The notes below the pieces were generated by a model. It had not been told where the DNA came from. It saw only the letters and a list, made by a program, of their open reading frames with translations, and did no database searches. This document shows positions 29,601 to 41,600 of a stretch of 64,000 nucleotides of DNA, in pieces. The DNA is taken from contig NIVC01001334.1 of assembly GCA_002269645.1 (NCBI GenBank), forward strand, positions 62,001-126,000, read 5' to 3'. Every line of letters starts with the position of its first letter. Positions within the stretch are counted from its first letter, which is position 1. Source of the stretch: Macrostomum lignano. Its lineage: Eukaryota. The translations under genes and the position numbers were made by a program.

Positions 29601-32600
29601 CCCTCAGTTCCAGAATGCATCAGTTGCTATCGAAGTGTCATCATTTTTTCTTCTCGGTATTAAAGTCGACTGCCGCTGCCTCTACTGCGAACCAGTGGAA
29701 TCCGTCGACGGCGTGTTACTATGGGGCCTTTTTTATGTAGTATTGGACTTATTAAAAGTACTTATGAAGCCCGAAGTTCAAAAAGGGATGTGTGTAATGA
29801 GATGTACAAGCTGCCTACAATTGATTGGGTGGAATAGAACGGAACTGATCAATGGGATTTGGGATGCTGAGCATGGGAGACGCAGCAGTGCAGAACTGAT
29901 TTGGAACAGAATGGAATGCGCCATGCCAGGATTTCGCAACTGTCCCGTGCAGATCGGGCAGGGGCTGCGCCGGCTCGACCGGAACCGCCAGGCCACTTCG
30001 GCTTCGACTGGCTCTGCTGGAACTCTCCCAGTAGCCATGCCGTTTTGGAATGGGGATTTTAGTGGTCTAGCCGAAAAACTTGAATTCGAAATCCCCAGGT
30101 CCCATCAAGTGTAATTCAAAATATCCCCAGATCCCACCGAATGTAATTCGAAATCTCCCAAAGTTCCCAACAAATGTAATAAGAAATCTCCCAAAGATCC
30201 CATCAAATGCTATATTCGAAATCTCTCCAAAGAGCCCATCAAATGTGATATTCGAAATCTTCCAAAAATCCCATCAAATTTAATATTCAAAAATTCCCAA
30301 AGATCCCATCAAATTTAATATTAAAAAATTCCCAAAGATCCCATCAAATCTAATATTCAAAATCTCCTAAAGATACTATCAAATCTAATCGAAATCTCCC
30401 AAAGATCCCATCCAATGTAATATTCAAAATCTCCCCAAAGATCCCATCAAATGCTATATTCGAAATCTCCCAAAGATCCCATCCAATGTAATATTCAAAA
30501 TCTCCCCAAAGATCCCATCAAATGTGATTTGAAATCTCCATAAAGATCCCACCGAATGTAATTCAAAATCTTCCAAAGATCCCTCATTAACTAAAACTCG
30601 AAATCCCTTAAGATCCCAAGCAATGTTTTGTACTAAAAAAGTTTCTTTTAAAAGCAGCCTCAAGTCCCCCGTGACTGCCTGCCATTCTGTCCCATCTTCG
30701 TTTTCTCGCCTCCCAGCCAATTTCTTGGGAAAAAGCAACTGTCAGACATGAAAATGGGAAAATTGGGGGGGGGATTTGCCGGGCGCAGGGGCATTGCTGG
30801 CCCGGGAACAGACGGGCGGAAGCGGTGGGGTTCGGCGAGCCTCCCGAAGGGTCAGCGGTTTGTTTTCGAACACGGAAGAGGCTCCGGTCGAATGTTGATA
30901 TGATGGCTGCTCGGACGCAACACCTACGGGAAGTTGATGGAGGGTTGGGAGAGGAGCGGCGTGTTGTCGGGGTGGGGGGGGGGGGCGAATTGGTTCACGC
31001 CTCGTGTACCGCGACTTCTCCGCTCCTCAGGCGAGGCTCAGGTCGGCATGTGGGCCTCCGGTTTGGGTGAGAGCGTGAAGGTGTGCAGCCAGGGGTCGCG
31101 ACCTCTTCGGCCATTCCGCCAAGATTTTCAATCGCAGCTCCCGGATTGACCTCGACTTCTAAATTGATTTTTTTGTCCGCTTTACAAATCGCCGCGGATT
31201 TTGTCTTCCCCGGAAGCCTCTTGCAGCTTTGTTTTAACGGCCGACATAAACACACTGGGCCTGTGTTGCGGAATGTCAAATCTAGATAGCTGGAATGGAG
31301 GCAGTCCAGGTGAAAGGAGCTGATTCGCAAACTCTCAAATTTACATCACACCCTTTGAGCCTCCCCAAAGGTAGCGCCTCCCCCCAAGGGTAGCTTCTCC
31401 TTTCAAGGGTAGCGCCCCCTCTCCCTTGAAGGGTAGCCCCCCAAGGGTAGCTTCTCCTTTCAAGGGTAGCGCCCCCCTCTTCCTTGAAGGGTAGCCCCCC
31501 CCCTCAGGGTAAGCTTCTCCCTTCAAGGGTAGCGCCTCACCCAAGGGTAGCTTCTCCCTTTAAAGGTAGCGCCTCCCTTCAAGGGTAGCTTCTCCCTTTA
31601 AAGGTAGCGCCTCCCTTCAAGGGTAGCTTCTCCCTTCAAAGGTAGCGCCTCCCTTCAAGGGTAGCTTCTCCCTTCAAAGGTAGCGTCTCCTCCCAAGGGT
31701 AGCGTCTCCCAGCAAGGATAACACAAGAAGGCCCAGATCCATAATCAATGTCTCTTAGCATTCCTTGACTCTGTTGATGAACACCAGCTTAGAGTGAGTC
31801 ACACCGGTAACCCTCTAGCCACCCAAACAGCCGGCAACTTTATGAATAACAAAATTCGTTCTGTTCCGCCGGTGTGTCAGCGTTTGGTCGCCGGGCGACA
31901 ACTGCGGAGATCAGTTCCCTTTGCGCTTTAGTTGGGACTTGGATAAATCTTTGCTTTCTAGTGATAATAATAAATAAAAATTGCAGCAGGGACCGATCGT
32001 CCCACAACCCGGCGCTGACGGCAGTTCTGCCCATTCCGCTCACTCCTGAGCACATAAAAGTGCGCCAATGCTGTACGAATGAATGAACCATCTGTACAGG
32101 TGCTCCACTTGTCTTTCCGTTGCGCTGCTCCAACGTCCAGGTGTCTATTGTAGCGGTCCTCGATTCATCATCAAAGCTGTTAGAAGGGGCGTCTTGAAAA
32201 TAGTTTGGATGTGCAAGGCGAGGCACGCGCGGCCCCAATTGAGGAAAAAAACTTGACGAGAAGGAGACTGCAGGATGAGAGGGGACGGTCGAGGCGACCG
32301 GAGCACAAAATCTGGACTGTCAAATTCTCCAAGTTAAAAAAATCAATTTAGCTTGCTATCTGCAGGATGCTTGCTATCTGGGTGGATGCTTCAACAATAT
32401 TTGGGGGATGCTTGCTATCTGGGGGATGCTTGCTATCTGGGGGATGCTTGCTATCTGCAGAATGCTTGCTATCTGGGGGATGCTTGCTGTCTGCAGATGC
32501 TTGCTATCTGGGTGGATGCTTCTATCTGGGGGATGCTTGCTATCTGGGGTGATGCTTGCTATCTGGGGGATGCTTCCTATCTGCAGATGCTTGCTATGAG

Positions 32601-35600
32601 CACTAGAGGATGCTTGCTATCTGTGGTTGTTTACTTTTGGAGGGGGGTGCTTGCTGTCTTGGGAATATTTTCTATTTAGGGGAAGCTATATTTTGTTGTC
32701 TGTTTGTTAATTTTAGAGAAAAAGTGATTCTTTCACTTTGCAATCATCTTTGTCCGTGACAATTTTACACGAATAAGGTGATTTTTAAAAAATGAAGAAG
32801 GAATGGGTGTTTAAGAAAATGTGCTTTTTTATTGTTTTCCATGAACTAATTTTGCTCCTTTCTTATTGGGCGCCCCGAAGGGGGGCCGCACTAGATTGCT
32901 AGTCAGATCTAAACTTCATTTAGCCTAAATTTCATGGATTTAAATTCTGTAGGACCTTGAATCTATAGGACCTACATGTCACGTGACCTAAATTTCTCTA
33001 GGAACTAAATTCTTTAGGACCTAAATTTCATAGGACCTAAATTTCATAGGACCTAAATTTCATAGGACCTAAATTTCATAGGACCTAAATTTCTCTAGGA
33101 ACTAAATTCTTTTGATTTAGAACCTAAATTTCAAATGACCTAAATTTCATAGGACCTAAATTTCTCTAGGAACTAAATTCTTTAGCACCTTAATTTTACA
33201 GGACCTAAATTTCCTAGGACCTAAATTTCATATCACCTAAAAGTTTCAAGAGTCCAAGAACCCAATAACGCCGAACCTTCATAACATCCAAATTTCACAT
33301 TTATAAAAAGTTCCCCAAAAGCGAATGCGTGAAATGTTGTCGATGTGACACTAAAGAAGCCGCCAAGAGCCTCGACTCCAGGCTCAGGTCCCGGATCTCC
33401 TTGGCTGGGCCCGGCAGCTGCAAATTTGGCTCGCGTGAGCAGCGCGCTTGAATTCGACCAGCGCTCTTCTCTCCTTTGCTCCCCATCGGTGAGGCCGAAT
33501 TTCCTAATGCAAACTTGGGACACAGATGAGTAGTGAGCACTCGCAAAGACAGTTTCAATTTTCACGCAACAAAAATCCATTCACAGATTCTCCCAGACGG
33601 CCAGGTGTTCCCAGAGGGGCTTCCCTGCCCGCTTTGTCGGCATTGAGTTGCCACTCCAGCAGCCAGTAGTGAAGAGGTTGAGCAGAAATGTTTTTTAAAT
33701 ATTCATATTTCTAGTTGCTGGGGCTTCGATTCATTGCGCGCGTAGGTCACCGAAATTTTGCCGAAGGCGTCAAACAGGGGCTTGATGAAGCTCCCGAGAT
33801 AACGGCAGCTCTTTGTCAGCTAAAACTGGCTCTTTTTACAAGCACGTGACAGGCTCAGCTGGGACTTTGGGGGGGGGGCGATGAAGAATATGATGGAAAC
33901 TGGAGCAGTTCTGCGGGTGCTGGGCTGCCCCCTAATGCCTTTGTCCTTGGTCTCCTCTCTTCAACTCTCTCTTGTCTCGCCTCTCTTTTCTTTTCCTATT
34001 CTCCCATCTAATCTCTCCTCTTTCTCTTTCATCTCATCTCCTCTCTTCTATTCTCTCTTCTCTCATCTCCTTCGCTCCTCTTTCTTTTCCTCTGCCTTGG
34101 CTGCCCCTTTTCAGAGCTCAGCAGGCTGAGCTGCCCCTCCTCTTGCCTGCAATCGCAGCTCACAGCGCAATCCCGTGTCCCCAAGCGCTTCTGTCGTTAC
34201 CCAACTTTATAAAAGCCACCCTGCATTCCTATAAAAACTGACCCGGCAAAAAGCATTGGACTTTGGCAACAGACAGCCGGAGAACGGTAGCAAAGAGCTT
34301 TCTTTGCGACTCTGTGAGAGAGAGAAATGAGCCAGAAAAAAAGAAGATTGAGCAAGTAAGTATTGATTTTTTGCCACCTCAAGAGTGAGAGTTACAAAAT
34401 AGAACGCAGAGAGAGAAAGGGGACTCTGTCTGTACAAATTCAATTTCCCAATTTCCATTCTGTAGCAGCATGTCCTCTCGCCATCAGGCACTGCCAGTCC
34501 ACTTTTGCATCGGAGAATTTCCTGCGATTCTCTTTTTCTTGCCGTTAAAAGTTGACCCCTGTCCAGCCAGTTCTTGCTTGTCTTTAAAAGTTGGCAATTC
34601 TGTGTTTGCTTTGATTGACAATCGCTGCTCGCGCAAGCTTAAAAATCCTTTGGCTGATCCCCTGACTGAGATAAGGGGGATAATTATGGCTGCACTATGA
34701 CAGTCAGTGTAACTGTAAAAAGGGATTACACCGCATACTACGGGGAGCAAACCTCGACCTTCGGCCAGCCCTGCGTGGCTAAAGCAATGGCATTGTCACA
34801 GTCCGTCTGACCTGGAGGCCCAGCCGCTCCCTCATTGGCTGTCAGACACAGACAGACAGTCAGCACTGGGCGAGCATGCAGACCGCACATTGTGTGGCAT
34901 TAGGGCCCCTCCTCCAAAACCCTTATAGAAGCAAGAACTGAAGCACAAGAGAAAGCCAACCTCCATTTACACCATTTTCTCACAGGCCCATCTCATCCTG
35001 TTCTCTCTTCCCCAGTAGATTTCATCCCCAGGGGAGAAATTTCCCCTCAACTCCGCGGCCTCCAGCCCACTCTTCAATGTAGCCAATGAGTTGTGGCGTT
35101 CCCGTACCGACCCCAGCCCCCACCCCTAGAAGTGGCCGTGTTACACCTGCTTGTAACCCTCCCTCTGTCCTGCTGTCTGACTTGGCACCTTAAAATAGAC
35201 AATCCCCCGTCTACTGACCCGGCTGCCTGACTGACTGACAGCTGCGGGCTCGGCAAGCATAATAAATAAAATCCTGCAGGGCATGATTGACAAAGTTTGC
35301 CCGCCCCAGCAACAAGTTTGAGGCAGCTGAAGCTGAAGCCGAGGAATCGCTAAGCGCAGGTGAGCTTTTGTCTGGCTGGAATGTGGGATTTTTAGGATGT
35401 GGGATCTAGGATATGGGATCTCTAGGATCTGGGATCACTTGGATCTGGGATCTCTAGGATCTGGGATCTCTTGGATCTGGGATCTCTAGGATCTGGGATC
35501 TCTTGGATCTGGGATCTCTTGGATGTGGGATCTCTTGGATCTAGGATCTCTAGGATCTGGGATCTCTAGGATCTGGGATCTCTTGGATCTGGGATCTCTT

Positions 35601-38600
35601 GGATGTGGGATCTCTTGGATGTGGGATCTCTTGGATGTGGGATCTCTTGGATCTGGGATCTCTAGGATCTGGGATCTCTAGGATCTGGGATCTCTTGGAT
35701 CTGGGATCTCTTGGATGTGGGATCTCTTGGATGTGGGATCTCTTGGATGTGGGATCTCTTGGATCTGGGATCTCTAGGATGTGGGATATCTAGGATCTGA
35801 GATCTCTAGGATCTGGGATCTCTAGGATGTGGGATCTCTTGGATCTGGGATCTCTTGGATGTGGGATCTCTTGGATCTGGGATCTCTTGGATCTGGGATC
35901 TCTAGGATCTGGGATCTCTTGGATCTGGGATCTCTTGGATGTGGGATCTCTTGGATCTAGGATCTCTAGGATCTGGGATCTCTAGGATCTGGGATCTCTT
36001 GGATCTGGGATCTCTTGGATGTGGGATCTCTTGGATGTGGGATCTCTTAGATGTGGGATCTCTTGGATCTGGGATCTCTAGGATCTGGGATCTCTAGGAT
36101 CTGGGATCTCTTGGATCTGGGATCTCTTGGATGTGGGATCTCTTGGATCTGGGATCTCTTGGATGTGGGATCTCTTGGATCTGGGATCTCTAGGATGTGG
36201 GATATCTAGGATCTGAGATCTCTAGGATCTGGGATCTCTAGGATGTGGAATCTCTTGGATCTGGGATCTCTTGGATCTGGGATCTCTTGGATCTGGGATC
36301 TCTTGGATGTGGGATCTCTTGGATCTGGGATCTCTAGGATCTGGGATCTCTAGGATCTGGGATCTCTTGGATCTGGGATCTCTTGGATCTGGGATCTCTT
36401 GGATGTGGGATCTCTTGGATCTGGGATCTCTAGGATGTGGGGTCTCTAGGATGTGGAATCTCTAGGATCTGAGATCTCTAGGATCTGGGATCTCTTGGAT
36501 CTGGGATCTCTTGGATCTGGGATCTCTTGGATGTGGGATCTCTTGGATCTGGGATCTCTAGGATGTGGGGTCTCTAGGATGTGGAATCTCTAGGATCTGA
36601 GATCTCTAAGATCTGGGATTTTTAGGATCTGGGATTTTTAGAATCTGGGATTTTTAGGATCTAGGATCTCTAGGATCTGGTAGCTAGGATATCTAGTTTG
36701 GGATTTGTCATGTAGGCTGAGTATCTGGGATCTATTATGCCTAGAAAGCAGCAAACCACCTAATTGACAGGTGGATAGATAGCCACATTAGCGAGGCCTA
36801 ATTGTCAGCAACCAACCTTAGAATTCAGTGAGCCAGTGTTAAAACATTCACCCCCTTGAAACATTCGGCCAGCTTCAATTGTCCGCACTTGAAGTTCCGT
36901 GCTGGAAACATGTGGACGGGGGGGAGACATAAAACTTCGGAGTTGCCGAAAGATTGACAAGCACAATATATTGCCCCCAGTGATTGATGCGTGTAAATTA
37001 TTGGGATGGGGTGGGGATTCTGCGGCATAGCGACTCCATAAACTGCAATCTAATTTTTCTTCTTTCTGTTTGGTCACAGAAACTTTCCCGAAAATTTCTC
37101 TAAGAAGCGATCGCCTGATAGCCTTTTGTATCCCCTCGAATGTTCAAGATGATGCCGCTGCCTTGATTCACCTGTCAGCTGAAATCCTTTTGCTTGCCTG
37201 TCTGTCAATCTGCCTTCTCTCTCTCCAAGCCATCCCAGTTTATCCCCTGTGTCTCTGCTGATCCCCACTAGCCACTGCGTGATGGGGAATGCTGAAGGCT
37301 TGAAGGGTGGCGGGGATGCACCGTCCAGGCCCGACGGCAGCGGCTCCCATGGTGCACCGAGTTGATTGCATTATTGATTGCGCAATCGCTGCAAATGGCC
37401 GCCTACGTCATGCGCGAGCTGCGACCCGGCGGGGTAGAATCCCGGCTCGGCGGGAGCCCTATCTTTGCGATCCCCGCGTGCTCGGTTGGCTGAGGATCTC
37501 TGCTTTTCTGGTGTTTTCTTGGAAATCGACACCTGAGCGGATTTGGTCCGGTTGCTGGTCTCCCAGTCTCTCAGTCCTTCATCTCCCAGTCTCCCAGTCC
37601 TTCATCTCCCAGTCTCCCAGTCCTTCATCTCCCAGTCTCCCAGTCCTTCATCTCCCATTCTCCCAGTCCTTCATCTCCCAGCATCCCAGTCCTTCATTCC
37701 CCAGTCTCCCAGTCCTTCATCTCCCAGTCTCCCAGTCCTTCATTCCTTAGTCTCCCAGACCTTCATCTCCCAGTCTCCCAGTCTCCCAGTCTCCCAGACC
37801 TTCATCTCCCAGTCTCCCAGTCTTCATTCCCCAGTCTCCCAATCCTTCATTTCCAGTCTCCCAGTCCTTCATCTCCCAGTCTCCCAGTCCTTCATCTCCC
37901 AGTCTCCCAGTCCTTCATCTCCCAGTCTCCCATTCCTTCATCTCCCAGTCTCCCAGTCCTTCATCTCCCAGTCTCCCAGTCCTTCATCTCCCCCTGTCTC
38001 CCAGACTTTCATCTCCCAGTCTCCCAGTCCTTCATCACACGAGTATCCCAGTTCTTTATTTCCCAGTCTCCCATTCCTTCATCTCCCAGTCTTCCAGTCC
38101 TTCATCACACGAGTATCCCAGTTCTTTATTTCCCAGTCTCCCATTCCTTCATCTCCCAGTCTTCCAGTCCTTCATCTCCTAGTCTCCCAATCTTCAACCC
38201 CAATATCCCCAGTCCCCAGTCTCTCTGCATCAATCCATTTCATATCCTTGTCCCCGACCTTCTGTCTCCCTTTCCCAAGCCAGCTCTGCTTTCACTAATT
38301 TAGACTAATGGAATAGGCATATTTCCGCAGAAGTGCCCGACACAAGGCAGGGCAGGAAGACCCCAGACTTCGGCAGCTACTTAGAGACTGTCAGCTACCA
38401 TCGCTTCAAACCCAGTTTGTGCTTTTTTCTGCCTCCGCATCCTTGCATCCATCTTCATTTCCGGCAGTCCCGCCAGTGCTGAGGGAATTCTTCAAAGTTC
38501 GGTTCCGAGCAACTAAATAATAGACATTCATTCCCCGCTTCGGTTTGCCCCTTGGTGTCGGCCTCTTTAAGTGGCAATTTGTGCCGGTTTTTGCGGCAAT

Positions 38601-41600
38601 GCTGCTGTTTCTCGGCAACTTGATAATGATGCCCGCTGTGGGGACCGACCGCAGTGTGCGCAGGCAGCGAAAAATGCCAATATGTATATAGACTGGATAT
38701 CTAGCTAGTTCTAGGCAATATTAGGCCGCAAGCACATCCGTGATGCTTCATATCGGCGCAGTTTAGTTCGTATATTAATGTTTAGTAAAAAGTTGATTTG
38801 ATATGCCCGCTCTGTTTCGCTGAGGTGGGTCGGCCCCTACCGCCTCTGCCCTCTGGGAGGGATACAGAGAGACAAGACGGCAGATTAGAATGTATTTATG
38901 GGAGCTGCTGATGGCAAACTTCTTGCTGCCTTAGGCCACTTCTTTAATCGATCAGTTTCTCGTTCTGCTGCTGCCGATGCGGATTGAATAAAAAAATAAT
39001 TGCATATTAATTTTTGCATTGGGTTAAGCGCTGTTTGAGTATCAGTATCAGAGTTTTTGGTTTGCTCATTTATCAATACGCAGAGCTTGGTAGGGGGCGG
39101 ATTTCGAGGGCGGAGAAGCTTGGTAGGGGGCGGATTTTGAGGGCGGAGAAGCTTGGTAGGGGGCGGATTTCGAGGGCGGAGAAGCTTGGTAGGGGGCGGA
39201 TTTCGAGGGCGGAGAAGCTTGGTAGGGGGCGGATTTTGACAGCGGAGGAGCTTGGTAGGGGGGATGTCGAGAGCGGAGAAGCTTGGTAGGGGGCGGATTT
39301 TGACAGCGGAGGAGCTTGGTAGGGGGGATGTCAAGAGCGGAGAAGCTTGGTAGGGGGCGGATTTTGACAGCGGAGGAGCTTGGTAGGGGGCGGATTACGA
39401 GAGTGGAGAAGCTTGGTAGGGGGGCGGATTTCGAGAGAAAAGGAGCTTGGTAGGGGGGCGTATTTCGAGAGCGGGTAGGGGGTGGATTTCAAGAGCTGAG
39501 AAGCTTAGTAGGGGGCGGATTTCGAGAGTGAGGAGCTTAGTATGGCGAATTCAAATTTTCATATTTTTTCAAGGTCAGACAAGGTTCAAAAAAGACGATT
39601 AGTTTAATTTTGAGTTGATTTTTTACACCAATTGTAGAAACTAATGAATATTTCCAGGAATGTTTGAATCAGCTAAGCCAATAGCAACTGTGACTGGATT
39701 GTAATTAAGAAAATTGTGATTGCATTAATTTACGTTTTAAATTAAATGGGACTGGCGATAGTCTATCGCACCGGATATTGGATGTGATTAACTCGCAGAG
39801 TTAATGATGGCCCGGATCAAGGCACATCCATTTAGAGAGGCTGGGCGGGGCTGGGGTACACCAAAGGGCAATCATCTTTATCTGTCTCTCTGCATTCTCT
39901 GACATCCTCTCTGCATCTCCATCAGCCTCTCTGCATCTCTATCAGCCTCTCTGCATCTCTATCAGCCTCTCTGCATCTCTATCAGCCTCTCTGCATCTCT
40001 ATCAGCCTCTCTGCATCTCTATCAGCCTCTCTGCATCTCTATCAGCCTCTCTGCATCTCTATCAGCCTCTCTGCATCTCTATCAGCCTCTCTGCATCTCT
40101 ATCAGCCTCTCTGCATCTCTATCAGCCTCCCTGCATCTCTTTCAGTCTTTCTGCATCTCTATCAGCCTCTCTGCATCTCTATCAGCCTCTCTGCATCTCT
40201 ATCAGCCTCTCTGCATCTCTATCAGCCTCTCTGCATCTCTATCAGCCTCTCTGCATCTCTATCAGCCTCCCTGCATCTCTTTCAGTCTTTCTGCATCCTA
40301 CATCTGCACTCAACTTTTTATCACTGATCATAGTTTACCAAATTTACTTATCGTTATTCCCCTAGCAACTATCTCTCACTCATAATCAATCGTTTTCATT
40401 TTCATTTTTTTCATTCCCATTGGCCCCTTCATAAACCGAAGCGGCTTATCTCAATGGCGATTCGCTCCCTACAAAAAACTTTCTAAAACCTGCCGTGAAA
40501 TCCGCTGCCATGGCTGTCCAGGTGGTCGCGCGGTGCCCATTTGGGAGTTGGGGGAGGGGGTTCAGAAAGCCATAAAAGCTTCGGTCACCCCATGAGGTGC
40601 GCAGTGGGCCATGAACTCCCCCCCACACGACAAAACCGTCTCCTGCCAGAGGAAGCCCTTCGATGGCAAATCGCTTGGAGTTTTCTTGAGCTTCTTCTTC
40701 TTCATCTGCTGCGACTGCGACTCAGTTCTTCCTTCGCCTCCTAAGGACTTGGCGCAGTGACCCGAGAGAAATCAGGTTTAGATTTAGAGCCTTCACCAAC
40801 TATAATATTTATCCCGCTGGCCAGAGCCAAGAGCCAAGAGTTCAGCCAGAGCCAATTAGAGAGCCCAGGCGAGAAAGCAGCGCCCGAAGAAAAAGCCAAA
40901 ATCGGCTCAGAAGTTTTGGCGGGCTTCCCTCGGAACCTGCGCTGTGCCAACTTCAACCCTGGCTTCGAAATCGCCTGCCGCAATCTCAGGTGCGAATCGC
41001 CGCATTGTGTACAGCCTGCCCGCCGAGTCCAAGCCGCTGTCCGACCGATTCCGAGTGGACCCTCAGACCGGCCTGGTCACCCTCGGCCACAGTCGGCTTG
41101 ACCGGGAGGTGTCCGAGGTCCACCGGATACCTGTGGTTGCCAGGGACTCCGGACAGCCGCCTAGGAGCTCAACTCACGCCGTGCTGCTTACCGTCATGGA
41201 CGTCAATGACAATCCGCCGGTGTTCGAGCCGTCCAGCCTGGACTTCAGCCTGTCCGAGGACACGCCGGTGAACTACAGAATCGCCCAGCTCAGGGCCACC
41301 AGCAGAGATGCCGGACTCAATGGCGCTGTGAGGTACCGCCTTATGGACAATGACGCTTTGTTCTCTGTGGACGCAGTGCATGGTGAGTAGGGTGTCTGTT
41401 AGATATCTGTTAGATAGCTATCGGATGCCTGTTAGGTATCTGTTAGATAGCTATTGGATGCCTGTTAGATAGCTGTTAAATAGCTATCGGATACCTGTTA
41501 GATATCTGTTAGATAGCTATTGGATGCCTGTTAGATAGCTGTTAGATAGCTATCGGATACCTGTTAGATATCTGTTAGATAGCTATTGGATGTCTGTTAG

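Noticed and set aside
14160-40983. Short non-repeat ORFs (60-200 aa) in introns 1 and 5 as transposon genes
   Set aside because: No RT, integrase, transposase or endonuclease motifs were recognised, and their lengths are within chance expectation.
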